Positions 10,772-21,015 of a stretch of 64,000 nt of DNA are shown piece after piece. The notes under the pieces were generated by a model. It did not search any database, was not told the DNA's origin, and was given only the letters and a program-made list of their open reading frames with translations. The DNA lies in NCBI GenBank assembly GCA_019057385.1, contig JAHQJS010000006.1, positions 581,038 to 645,037 of the forward strand, written 5' to 3'. Source of the stretch: Candidatus Borrarchaeum weybense. Lineage in GTDB: Archaea > Asgardarchaeota > Sifarchaeia > Borrarchaeales > Borrarchaeaceae. Each line of letters begins with the position of its first letter. The first letter of the stretch is position 1. The translations under genes and the position numbers were made by a program.

Positions 10772-10956
10772 CTCTCATTTGAGAGTGTTCTTTATTAGAA
10801 GATAGTTCAAAATCATATAATAAAATTGTCATAATTATTGAAGGCATATACGGCTTCTTTGATGGGTTTCAACTTGTTTAAAGTAGTTATTGGCTAAAAA
10901 CTTCAATGGGTTTATCACTGGCTTAATAATTATGTCTAATGAATGAGTTACGATAA

Positions 10957-11000
10957 CTAAGCAAGAAAGCACCACAGCTTTAGCGTGAGGTAGTTCACAA
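10957..11000 (+). repeat. Solo IS200/IS605 end, copy of 2425-2468
   Basis: 43/44 identical to the reverse complement of 2425-2468. Confidence 0.8.
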
Positions 11001-11092
11001 ATATCAATTAACTTCATCATAAACAAAAACTTAAAATAAGCTAAAATAATAGCCATAGGCAACTACAGCCATGAACTGTAATTGTTTTATAA

Positions 11093-11692
11093 TTGCCTTT
11101 AAGGAAGTTGGCTTTCATGGAAAAGTATCAAACTATCAAAGTAGGCTCTGTAATGAGTAACGTGTTTTATACAATCGATCCTGGTGCCACAATAGAAGAA
11201 GCTGTTTCGCTGTTGAGTGAGAAAGATACTAATTTACTTGTCGTTTGCACTAAAGAAAACTTTCCTGTAGGTATACTCACAGAGCGAGATATTGTTATCC
11301 GTGTTATAGGCGGAGATAAAAAACCAAGCGAAACTCTTGCTGAAGACATAATGTCCTCACCGGTACGAACATGCAGTCCTAACACCTCAATTACAGACGC
11401 TATGCGTCAAATGACAAAGCAGAAAATAAGACAACTATTAGTAGTCAACGAAGGGATTCTTGTGGGCGTATTTCTTGCCAGGGATGCTCTCGCTGTTGCA
11501 CCAGAATTAATTGATATGCTTGCAGAATTAGTTTCAGTTCGAGGTGAAGAAAGCAAACCAATTGAAAAGGGCGCATCTGGATATTGCGATGAATGTGAGG
11601 AATATTCGGATGATTTGAAACTTATTGATGGTCGTTATTATTGTGAATATTGCAGGGAAGCATTGGAATTAGAGAGAATGGAAGAAGAATAA
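11093..11692 (+). CDS. Tandem CBS-domain protein with C-terminal Zn ribbon
   Basis: VGILTERDIV and DIMSSPV; CDEC..CEYC; true start probably ATG 11117. Confidence 0.9.
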   Translation: MPLRKLAFMEKYQTIKVGSVMSNVFYTIDPGATIEEAVSLLSEKDTNLLVVCTKENFPVGILTERDIVIRVIGGDKKPSETLAEDIMSSPVRTCSPNTSITDAMRQMTKQKIRQLLVVNEGILVGVFLARDALAVAPELIDMLAELVSVRGEESKPIEKGASGYCDECEEYSDDLKLIDGRYYCEYCREALELERMEEE

Positions 11693-11694
11693 TT

Positions 11695-12339
11695 CTATTT
11701 TCTTAAAACAGATTTAATTTCCCCAAGTGCTTTGGTCATCAAAATTAGCTTAAAAAATAATTCTGTGAAATTACATATCACACTGATTTTATCTTCTCTA
11801 ATAATCAACATATGTCGAAATACAATCTCTTCGAATCCATTTTTTGCTTTTTTACCGTTTATTGGACTTTCAAGTTTAAAAAGACACCATTCAGCAGAGT
11901 TACTGTTATGAGGAATGAATTTTAAGAAGATTCTTCCTTCTGGACTTTCAATAGTGAATTTTCGAAAGAATTTTCTTTGAATTCTAAATCCGAGTGTTTG
12001 AACCTCATCTATTATGAATTGATTCATTTCTGGCTCTATATAATTGGAAGTAATAACACCAATCGCTACTCCAATTACAAGTAAGCCAAGTTCAATTGCT
12101 GCAAAGGGTTGAATGAAATAAAACGCAGAAGTGTAACTTAGATGTTCTGAACTTCTTCCACCATCAACTAATTCCTTTTGTTGAGCAAAAGTAGGTTGTG
12201 CTAGCATGCCAACTTGTCCATAAGTTAATAATATCCCACTAGCAATAGAAATGACAAAAATAAGCGAAAAAGCTACATAAAGAAGGTTTTTGTATCTTTT
12301 ATAACTCTTTTTTACGCCATCTACTAATTTTTCAGCCAT
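11695..12339 (-). CDS. Hypothetical 2-TM membrane protein
   Basis: Two hydrophobic segments; overlaps the upstream wHTH gene. Confidence 0.65.
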   Translation of the reverse strand: MAEKLVDGVKKSYKRYKNLLYVAFSLIFVISIASGILLTYGQVGMLAQPTFAQQKELVDGGRSSEHLSYTSAFYFIQPFAAIELGLLVIGVAIGVITSNYIEPEMNQFIIDEVQTLGFRIQRKFFRKFTIESPEGRIFLKFIPHNSNSAEWCLFKLESPINGKKAKNGFEEIVFRHMLIIREDKISVICNFTELFFKLILMTKALGEIKSVLRK

Positions 12340-12712
12340 TTTCGTCAGTCCTTAGTGCGTTTTCATACATTTCTCTAATTTTTTTTCCATGTTGTTCTGC
12401 AATAGCGATTAATGTCTTAGCTAATGGATGAAGATGGTTAATTCGTAATGAGTGCAATTTTGAAGTTAATTTATCGCTCAGGATTAACTTCTCCTCTGTA
12501 AGCCTTTGTAATACACCTCTATATAGACTCTTAGCCTTTCCAGAATACCCGATAAGTTTAGTCAACTGTACACCTGAGACTGCTCTTGGATATATATGAG
12601 CTAGACATAACAAGATCTTACGATTCAATTCACTTAGAGATGCAAATCCTATGAGAAGATCGTACATTTCTTTAGTTGTAACAATGCTTTCCTCTGACAT
12701 AACATATCGCAC
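12332..12712 (-). CDS. Winged-helix transcription regulator
   Basis: LSELNRKILLCL..SGVQLTKLIG..LQRLTEEKLI pattern. Confidence 0.65.
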   Translation of the reverse strand: MRYVMSEESIVTTKEMYDLLIGFASLSELNRKILLCLAHIYPRAVSGVQLTKLIGYSGKAKSLYRGVLQRLTEEKLILSDKLTSKLHSLRINHLHPLAKTLIAIAEQHGKKIREMYENALRTDENG

Positions 12713-12807
12713 CCAAAATTGATTAAGTTGGTTGTGTGCCTCATCACACTTTAGTTTTTAGAAAATTATTTAATTCTCTGAGACATGTTTCTCGTTTTTT
12801 TCCAGAA

Positions 12808-15800
12808 TTATGGTGATGATCCTGCAGATCTAACCACCTCAGGGCGAATAATCTTGTTGATCATGGCAACGTAACTTGGATCTTCTGAAATGATTCCAAG
12901 AGTCTCCGCACCTTTAGGTGCAATCAGTACTTCTTCATTGTCTCTTGAAAGCACACTATACTCTATTTTTGAATTTTTCTTGACTCTAACGTTTCCAAGT
13001 TGATACAATTCCTGCAGTGCATGCTTCTCATCATCAGTTTCTAATTCAGGTTGGGTAATTATAAGCACCTGAACTGACGGATCAAGTTTTTTAATCGTGT
13101 TAAATGACACATCCTTGATATTTGGGGTTATTATAGTTAGAGTGCGTTTTGTTCTTTCGATAGCTGCTCGACTAAAATCATTGAGTTGCTCTCCAATTAA
13201 ATACCATGTATTTTCTGAGGCAATCCCAACTGAAAGAATATCCTGAATTTCTTCCCAAAGATCCTTTACAACCACTTCATAGTTTGCAGTATTCTCAATT
13301 ATCTCTTGAATCTTATCGTTTGTCTCCTGAATTATTTTTTTATTTATATTGACTAAATTCTCTATATTTGCTTTGACGTTTCCTACAAATTTTGTCTTAA
13401 TTGTTGTATTGAACTCATCTATGTTATGAGATTGCTGTAATGATAGATTTTGAAGGCCGTTTTGAAGATCATTCTTGGTGGATTCAATTATATTATAACT
13501 CGTTGTTAATTCTTCTCCAATTTCACTGACAATTCTTGCTACTTCTTCAATCTTTTCCTCAGATTTTTGTCCTAAATGATTTCTTGTTTCTTCATTAAGT
13601 TGATTAACGCTATCAGTAAAATCGTCTGTGATTTTTGCAGTCCAACTTTGTGAAAGTTCTTGAATCTCACTTACAAATCGTAATAAATCACCTAAATTCG
13701 TATTGAGAGCGTTTGTAACAAATTCTTCCAAAGATTGCACATGTTCTTCAAAAAGCTGCACTCTTGATTCTCTTGTTGTAGTAATATCCGCGTTTAGTTT
13801 AGCAAGTCTTTTTTCAAAACTTTCAATAGCTTGTTCCAAAGTGGTCGTAATTTCAGTATCAACTAGAGTTGCCATTTCGCTGGTCTTCTGCCTATGTCCA
13901 TCGACTAAATTCTTTATTTCATCGTTGATCGTTGTAATTTCTTGCGTAACTGTTTCGGAAATTTTCTTCACTGTGGCAAGTATTTCATTTTCAGCAATCT
14001 GAGCTTTTTCTTCAAGTTCTTGAAGATATTTTGTATGAATCCCCTCAGTGTCTTCTTGTGTTGTATGAACCATCTTTTCCATTTCTTCGCTTAATCGTAA
14101 CTTTATGGTTTCAATGGCATCAATTTTTGATAGAGCGATCGAATTAACCTCTTGTAGCACCTTACTCAACCGTTCGTTTATTTCTTCTCTCAACGCAGCT
14201 CGGCTTTCATTAGATGTTGCTAGATGAAAATCAACTAATTCTAAAGCACTTTCTCTGATTGAGTTAACAGTATTTTCTATTTCTGCATCGTTAGATTCAA
14301 TTTTGTTCTTTAGAGCATCCTCAAATAAATCTAAACTGTTATTTTGCGTTTCTTTGTTCAAATCAAGTAACCTGGTCAATTCTTGACGAACCAACTGAAA
14401 AAACGTGTCCAGATCGCTCTCTTGAGTTGATAACAAGTTTATGAAGTCTTCATTTGCCTCTGTCATTGATTTTATTAATTGAGAAGTGGTATCCTCTTGA
14501 ATTTGGGTCAATTGACCTATGGCGAGAGCATTATTGAGTTCATATAATGTTATATTGCTCAGAAGTGAGTCACTAACGCTTTTCTTTGCCTCAGTGATTT
14601 CTATATCAATATGTTCAATGTAGGTTGAAAAATCGTCACTAAATTCTTTCTTAAGCGCGTTTATGGCTTTAGAATGCTGTCTTTTACTATTTGCGATCCG
14701 TTTTTTATATTCTTGTTTGAGAGTTGTTATATCTTTCTTTAGAATTGAAATTTGGTCAGTAAAACGGTTGTTTATTTCTTTTTGCAAAGCTTGCGTTTTA
14801 GCGGCAAAATCCTCAAGAAGTTCTGTTTTTGCTGATGTTATTGTTTTTAATGTTGCAGCTATATTCTCTGAGTAAAGTTTTTTCGTAGTTCCAATATATT
14901 CTGAACTAGCTATTTTCGTAGCGTCCACTTGAGCATCAAGTAACTCTTTTATTCCTGCAATCAATTTTGTTATATTATTTACTTGTGCGGTTAGTAATTC
15001 ATCATGTTCTCTCAAGTGACTTGTTACAACAGTATCAAGTTCCTTGGTCAGATTTTTGGTTTCCGTATTCAATCGATCTATTTCTGATTGGAAGTTTGAA
15101 ATAATTCCTTCATTTACGGCGTTTAATTCATTCGTAAGTTGTTCATGTGTCTTAGTATAGGCAACTTCTATACTTTCCTTAAGACTCTGATTTGTATCTA
15201 TAGTCCGCGTTTTTCCTTCTTCCAACGTTCTTAGAAGTGTTTCTTCAAGTGTTTTCAATGTCGTTTCTTTGGTGTTATGAAGTTCTCCAGTATACTTCAT
15301 TATTTCATTTTCAATATTCTTGATTTCAATTTTCTCGCTTTCAATTTGTTTTGCTTTTAACTCTTTGCTGTATTTGTCAATCGACTTTGTTGTATCCTTT
15401 AGTTCTTTCATTTGTTTATCAATAATCTGAGAAAACTCTTTGAGTGATGTTTGATATTCATCGCTAAACTCTTTAAAGCGCAGTTGCAAATTATCTGCAA
15501 ATCCCTTAGCCAGTGAGCCCATCATATTCGTAAAGTTTTGTAAGGTTGTTGATATTCTTAGCTCACTGTTCTTGGAGGCTTGGATAAGAGGTCGATGGAT
15601 TTTTGCTGAGACTTCTGTACTAAGGGCTTCTTTAAACTCAGTTTGCTTATCTTTTAGAGCGGTGATTTTCTGAGTTAAAGACTCTTCGATATTATTATCA
15701 AATTGTTCAAAATGCTGCGCAATTAAATTTGTGTAACGTTCTATATGTTTGTCGAACAGTTCTTTAGATTCCCTAATTTTGTTTATATCAAGATTTTCAA

Positions 15801-18549
15801 AAAATTCAGAGATTTCTGCTTTTAATTCCTTAGTTTCATTCATTGCTTGTGTTTTGGAACCCTCTGATGTTTCAAGGGCCTCTTTACTGTATTCTTTCAA
15901 ATAATCAATTGTTCCTTTCAAGTTGGATTCGATGTGAACAGAAAATCTGCTTTCAATATTTTTAAGAGTAGTCTGAAGTTCTTCGAATAAGGAGTTTGTA
16001 TTACCTGAGAAGAATACAACAATTTGATCAAAGGTAGAAGAGAAATTCAAAATGTCTGTTGAAATCTTTGTAAGAATTTCTTGAACGCTTTCTGACAAAT
16101 TCCTAAGCTTGCTTTCCGAATCGATTTTTATGGATTTCTTAACGCGTATCAGTTCAGGTTCTATCTCCTCTAATTGAGATTGAAGCGTATCGCTAATTTT
16201 GAGTGATACATCATCCAGATATAAGCTCAAATTTCCTATTAATTCATTCATCTTTTCTTTGAGTATTAAGTTATATTTTTTGTAAATTCCTTTTTCTTCG
16301 TTAGATTCTTCCTTGAGGAGCGTTTGTAATTCCTTTTTCGTTTCAGCACTCTCTTTTTGAATTGACTTCTGAAATGTTGATATCTTGTTATTTAAATCAG
16401 TTTGAAGCGTGGCAAATAAATTATCTAAGCTCTCCTTTTCTTGATTGATTGTATCAGTAGTAGTAGTCGTAAAATTTCCAAAAATTTGATCAAAAGTAGT
16501 AAATTCTGTTCTTAAGTGCTCAGAAACTGTATTTTTGAATTCATTTGAGGCATTCTTGTATTCTTCGATATTCGCATCTCGACCTGTTTCTATTTCCCTT
16601 AGAAAGGCCACAACTTCGTTAGTAAATGTAGTGGCTAAGTGAGTCGCTCCACCATCAAGATACTTATGAAGTTTATCAAGTGTCTCAAGTCTTTCATTTG
16701 CTGCGTCATTGATAACGTTGCTTAGATTCTCTATAAGATTATTATCTATTTCTTCTCTCGATTCAGAATGAGTTGTAATTATTGAATTATTAAATTCAAT
16801 AAGTTGTTCATAATCGTCTTTAGCGTTTTCTAAGTGGTCATCCAGAATTTGATTTACCTCGTCTTGTATTATTTTGCTATTCGTAGTAAACGTTTCTTTA
16901 TTTTCAGAGAGTAGAGAGTAGACTTTTGTTTCTAATTCTCTACTAAATTTCCTGCTGTCCTCTATAAGTTCATTAAAAGTTAGTTTGATGGATTTATCTA
17001 CACGAGTTGCAGTATTTTTGTATTCCTCAAAACGATTTGCCATATGACTTGATATTGATTGAAATAGGCTCGCTAGTTCTTTCACAAACTCATCAGAAAA
17101 TTGGGTAATAGTGTTCTCCGTTTGCGCTCTTAGTTTAGTCAATACATTCCTATATTCCTTTACATGGGTAGTAACTTCATTCTCATGTGTGAGTTTAATC
17201 GCGTCGACATTTTTCTCGTACTCAATTAAATTATTTTTCCTTAGTTGTGCAATTTCTTCAATGACTTTCAAAGAATTTGAATGAAGGACTTCTACTATTC
17301 CCTCTAAATCTTCAATCCATCCATCCCTCTTTCCTGCTAACTTTACTTGATATTCTTCAATTTCGTCAATTAATGTCTTCTGAAGAATTGATTCAAAACT
17401 AGAAATAGCGGTGCCAAATTCTTGTTTCGAAAGATTAACATTGGTAACATATTCTGATGTGATCTCGTCTACGCTCGTTTTATAGTGCCCAAAGATGAAA
17501 TTTACCATATCAAAAGCTTTTGTAATAAAATCCGTCAAATCTTTTTGGTATTCTTCTATGTATGTTGAAAAATCTTCTTGAATTTTTATTTCAAATGCTT
17601 TCAGATCTTCTTCGAATTCATCCTTTTGAGTGGAAATATTAACTGATGTGATTTCTCCTAGACTTTTGGGGATTTCCATTATTTGGTCAAAATTCGTGTT
17701 TATTTTTTGAGTAAAACGATCTCTTAAACTGGAAATTTGTGTGTTAATTTTTTCTATTGAAACTGTAAGTGCATCATCTATTTTGTTGTCTATTGATTGC
17801 TCGATCTTATTGACATCATCTTGACAATTTTGTATCTTTTGAGTGGTGCTTTCTTTTAAAGGGGTAATAAGATCATTGCACTGTGTCTTTTCGCTTTCTA
17901 AAGTTTCTATGATCACTTTTGTTGACTGTGATGATTGGCTCTTGATTTTCGTGTTTGTGGCATCGCAAGATTCACTAATTTCTTTACTTATATTCTGAAT
18001 CAATGCTTTCATGTCATTTTGTAGACTTGAAAGGATATCTAAGAGGGTCCCTTTTGTGTTCTTACTTACTTCTTTTATCCCCTCAAGGTTTTCAAATAAG
18101 ATGCTGGTCAGTTCTTCATCAGTTTGTGTAATATTATCCTTCAGGACATTTGTATGAGAATCTGTTGCTTGAACTATAGTTTCAGTCGATTTAACTATTT
18201 CAGTATCAAGCTGTGCTAAAGTTTGATCAAGATAGGTCTTCACTTCCTCATAAATACGGCTCATGGAGTCCTGAAATGTCAAAGTTCCTTCTTGAATGAT
18301 CGAAAGGGGGGGAACACCAAAAAATTTCTCAATTTTCCCAGGAATGCTTTTTATAAATCCCTTTCTTTGCAGTTTTGCTATCGCTTCTGGTACATTCTCT
18401 TTTTTCGAATATAGTTCGATTTCACCTAACGTAATTATCCTTTGTGCTAAGGCAGCAGCATAAATTTGAAATTCATCTTCAGATAATCCTAAAAGTTTAG
18501 GGGTGAATATTTGATCCGCTTCTTTTGCCAATTTAGTATCTCCCTTCAA
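12808..18549 (-). CDS. Giant (1913 aa) TrmB-like protein: N-terminal wHTH, ~1700-aa amphipathic coiled coil, C-terminal PLD-like/TrmB effector domain
   Basis: LGLSEDEFQIY..LQRKGFI..FFGVPP; C-terminal TWYLIG..RTKRTLTIITP..SRDNEEVLIAP; Pro-poor E/K/L-rich core. Confidence 0.75.
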   Translation of the reverse strand: MKGDTKLAKEADQIFTPKLLGLSEDEFQIYAAALAQRIITLGEIELYSKKENVPEAIAKLQRKGFIKSIPGKIEKFFGVPPLSIIQEGTLTFQDSMSRIYEEVKTYLDQTLAQLDTEIVKSTETIVQATDSHTNVLKDNITQTDEELTSILFENLEGIKEVSKNTKGTLLDILSSLQNDMKALIQNISKEISESCDATNTKIKSQSSQSTKVIIETLESEKTQCNDLITPLKESTTQKIQNCQDDVNKIEQSIDNKIDDALTVSIEKINTQISSLRDRFTQKINTNFDQIMEIPKSLGEITSVNISTQKDEFEEDLKAFEIKIQEDFSTYIEEYQKDLTDFITKAFDMVNFIFGHYKTSVDEITSEYVTNVNLSKQEFGTAISSFESILQKTLIDEIEEYQVKLAGKRDGWIEDLEGIVEVLHSNSLKVIEEIAQLRKNNLIEYEKNVDAIKLTHENEVTTHVKEYRNVLTKLRAQTENTITQFSDEFVKELASLFQSISSHMANRFEEYKNTATRVDKSIKLTFNELIEDSRKFSRELETKVYSLLSENKETFTTNSKIIQDEVNQILDDHLENAKDDYEQLIEFNNSIITTHSESREEIDNNLIENLSNVINDAANERLETLDKLHKYLDGGATHLATTFTNEVVAFLREIETGRDANIEEYKNASNEFKNTVSEHLRTEFTTFDQIFGNFTTTTTDTINQEKESLDNLFATLQTDLNNKISTFQKSIQKESAETKKELQTLLKEESNEEKGIYKKYNLILKEKMNELIGNLSLYLDDVSLKISDTLQSQLEEIEPELIRVKKSIKIDSESKLRNLSESVQEILTKISTDILNFSSTFDQIVVFFSGNTNSLFEELQTTLKNIESRFSVHIESNLKGTIDYLKEYSKEALETSEGSKTQAMNETKELKAEISEFFENLDINKIRESKELFDKHIERYTNLIAQHFEQFDNNIEESLTQKITALKDKQTEFKEALSTEVSAKIHRPLIQASKNSELRISTTLQNFTNMMGSLAKGFADNLQLRFKEFSDEYQTSLKEFSQIIDKQMKELKDTTKSIDKYSKELKAKQIESEKIEIKNIENEIMKYTGELHNTKETTLKTLEETLLRTLEEGKTRTIDTNQSLKESIEVAYTKTHEQLTNELNAVNEGIISNFQSEIDRLNTETKNLTKELDTVVTSHLREHDELLTAQVNNITKLIAGIKELLDAQVDATKIASSEYIGTTKKLYSENIAATLKTITSAKTELLEDFAAKTQALQKEINNRFTDQISILKKDITTLKQEYKKRIANSKRQHSKAINALKKEFSDDFSTYIEHIDIEITEAKKSVSDSLLSNITLYELNNALAIGQLTQIQEDTTSQLIKSMTEANEDFINLLSTQESDLDTFFQLVRQELTRLLDLNKETQNNSLDLFEDALKNKIESNDAEIENTVNSIRESALELVDFHLATSNESRAALREEINERLSKVLQEVNSIALSKIDAIETIKLRLSEEMEKMVHTTQEDTEGIHTKYLQELEEKAQIAENEILATVKKISETVTQEITTINDEIKNLVDGHRQKTSEMATLVDTEITTTLEQAIESFEKRLAKLNADITTTRESRVQLFEEHVQSLEEFVTNALNTNLGDLLRFVSEIQELSQSWTAKITDDFTDSVNQLNEETRNHLGQKSEEKIEEVARIVSEIGEELTTSYNIIESTKNDLQNGLQNLSLQQSHNIDEFNTTIKTKFVGNVKANIENLVNINKKIIQETNDKIQEIIENTANYEVVVKDLWEEIQDILSVGIASENTWYLIGEQLNDFSRAAIERTKRTLTIITPNIKDVSFNTIKKLDPSVQVLIITQPELETDDEKHALQELYQLGNVRVKKNSKIEYSVLSRDNEEVLIAPKGAETLGIISEDPSYVAMINKIIRPEVVRSAGSSP

Positions 18550-18699
18550 TTCTCTAATCTAATAATATCTTTTAGTTCTTTTAAATCTAAATTTTTTTTG
18601 CAACCAAAAGTTATTTAGCCTCAATTTCAGCTATTTTTTGTAAAATTGATTATTCAATGTTTCTTGTTACTTATAGCCGATTGAATGTAATGAGGATTC

Positions 18700-19857
18700 A
18701 TGGTGAAAATATCATCTGATGCTTTAAAATTTCTTAAATTGAAACAATGGCTGGATTCCAGGGATTTAACAATTCTTGTTTTTATTATAGCTTCTTTTTT
18801 ACTTTTTTGGCTATTTTATGGGGTAATTTCTTATTTTTTTGCGATCTCAGTCCCATTATCGGGGATAATTTTTATACTGGCAATCCATTTATTTGTTATT
18901 TTTGGTAGCATATTACTGATTGCTCGCGTTAGACGTCGATTTCTTCGTTTATCATCATTATTGCAAGATGAAAGAGTGTCAATTAAAGAAATCTCTGAAA
19001 ACTTTCTGATTCCTGAAAAGAAAATCAAGAGCGCAATTTTGCAGTTCAAGAAAGAAGGAATAATTTCAGGAGTTATTAATGCTGATAAAGACGTCTATCT
19101 CAATTTTAGTCGAGACCGATGGAATGAAGCGCGAAATTTGCTTATAGAACATAAAAAAATCTCTACTGTGGACTTAGCAAAGCACTTCGAAGTTTTAAAA
19201 AGTGAAGCGAAATTCATTTTGTTAGAGATTCAGGATCAAAAAATGGTACACGGTTACTTTGTAGAGGAAAATAGAGAATTCGTCACACAAGAATGGATTT
19301 ATGATACGTTTAGAGAATCATTAGAAAAGCAAGGACGAATTAATCTAAATAAGACGAAACAACGCCTTGGATTGACTGATGAAGCATTTCAGTATGAATT
19401 TAACAACTTTATTCGAGTCGAAAATGTTACTGGCTTTTATTTTGGCAAAAATGAATTCGTTAAATTTGAAGAGCAGGATAAAAATACTTTCTTAGAGGAA
19501 ATAATGAGTGCTGGAAGCATACTAATTAAGGCCCTATCTACTAAGTTCAACTTATCAGAAGATTATTGCAGCTATCTAATTACTGAGTATCGTTCTAATG
19601 GATTATTAAATGGAATATTATCAGAGGACAAAAGAGTCTTCATTACCCTTGATTCACTAAGAGAACATATTTTTTTGGCAATCTCGAAAGATAAGACCCT
19701 AAAAATCTTCGCAAAAGACTTAGGACTCCCTCATGATGTTTTATATACGACAATACTCCGTAATTTTACCTTTGAAGATCTAATAGAGCGTACAGGCGTG
19801 ACCCGAAATGCACTTGAAAATATTCTTAATCAACTTTTAACAGAAAAAGAAGAATAG
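18700..19857 (+). CDS. 2-TM-anchored protein with tandem PCI/winged-helix repeats
   Basis: Two N-terminal TMs, then repeats such as GIISGVI, VHGYF and GLLNGIL..RVFIT. Confidence 0.7.
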   Translation: MVKISSDALKFLKLKQWLDSRDLTILVFIIASFLLFWLFYGVISYFFAISVPLSGIIFILAIHLFVIFGSILLIARVRRRFLRLSSLLQDERVSIKEISENFLIPEKKIKSAILQFKKEGIISGVINADKDVYLNFSRDRWNEARNLLIEHKKISTVDLAKHFEVLKSEAKFILLEIQDQKMVHGYFVEENREFVTQEWIYDTFRESLEKQGRINLNKTKQRLGLTDEAFQYEFNNFIRVENVTGFYFGKNEFVKFEEQDKNTFLEEIMSAGSILIKALSTKFNLSEDYCSYLITEYRSNGLLNGILSEDKRVFITLDSLREHIFLAISKDKTLKIFAKDLGLPHDVLYTTILRNFTFEDLIERTGVTRNALENILNQLLTEKEE

Positions 19858-19972
19858 ACGTGACTGTGTTTGTTGCTCCTTTAGCGAAATATGGCAAAAT
19901 ACTACTTAACAAAAACGGAAAGTTTTATAGGGAATGTTCTCGTAGAAACTACAAGTCTTGGAAGGTGACTTC

Positions 19973-20209
19973 ATGTCTTTGGAACTTAAAGTAATGTTAA
20001 GTCTTCATAATTTGGGAGTTGTAAAAGAGGAAGTCGCAAAGACACCCGATCAACTTGCAAATACGTTAAACATGAATTTCGATGATGTTAAAAGGGCGCT
20101 AGAAACACTATCATCAGAAAGTTACGTAAGTAAAATTCCTCACGAGAATAGTCATGCCTATTTCCTCACAGGGAAGGGCATAGTGACTGTTTGTAGCATG
20201 TTTACATAA
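19973..20209 (+). CDS. Small winged-helix protein
   Basis: QLANTLNM..VKRALETL..YFLTGKG; SD GGTGA before ATG 19973. Confidence 0.7.
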   Translation: MSLELKVMLSLHNLGVVKEEVAKTPDQLANTLNMNFDDVKRALETLSSESYVSKIPHENSHAYFLTGKGIVTVCSMFT

Positions 20210-20255
20210 GTCATTTGATCTAGGAGGAGCTCATCTAAATTTAAAGAGGTTTTTT

Positions 20256-20897
20256 ATGGCAGTAAAGAAAGCTCTAATTGTAACTTGGGAATACTCTCCA
20301 AAAATTGGCTCTATCGCTCCTGCATGCGAAACTTTAGTTAAAGGACTTGTAGCTCAAAATATTAAAGTGGACGTAGTTACTTGGGATGATTGGCGAGCAT
20401 ATATGGGATTTGAGGATAGAGATGATGTGCGAATTCATTATATTAGCGCCCCTATTTCGCCTGCTTCTAATACAATAACCTTCTATGCCACTCTCAATAC
20501 TGAGTTGGAACGTGTGGCGGCGTCTATTTTTCATGAGTCCCCTGTTGTTCCAGATGTAATTCATGTCCACGAATGGATAACTGTCCTAGCAGGACTTTCT
20601 TTGAAAAGCATATTTAATAAACCTCTCATCTTAACACTCTATAGCCTGGAAGATCATAGAAGCCATGGGGCGACATCGCCATTTAATGAATCCATTAAGG
20701 CTATAGAACGAAAAGGAGTAAAAGCGGCTTCAAAGATAATAGTATTTTCCAACTTCATGAGGGACGGGATTGTCGATGTCTATGGTGTATCCAAAGACAA
20801 AATTTGTGTAATGAGTTTAGATGAAGCCCTGAGTGGTCGAACCGCAGAAATTTATAACGAAATAGTTGAACAAGATCAATCTATTTCTGTACGTTAA
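20256..20897 (+). CDS. GT4 glycosyltransferase, N-terminal domain only
   Basis: TWEYSPK and DVIHVHEW; lacks the C-terminal Rossmann domain. Confidence 0.75.
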   Translation: MAVKKALIVTWEYSPKIGSIAPACETLVKGLVAQNIKVDVVTWDDWRAYMGFEDRDDVRIHYISAPISPASNTITFYATLNTELERVAASIFHESPVVPDVIHVHEWITVLAGLSLKSIFNKPLILTLYSLEDHRSHGATSPFNESIKAIERKGVKAASKIIVFSNFMRDGIVDVYGVSKDKICVMSLDEALSGRTAEIYNEIVEQDQSISVR

Positions 20898-21015
20898 ATA
20901 AGAGATTTGAAGTTTTTTTAATCATTTTTTGTTTTCATCTTCCTCCACATAAAGGCTTAAATTCTTTGAATTCCCATGATTGAAACAATAAAGGATTATA
21001 GTCAAGGGAATATCT

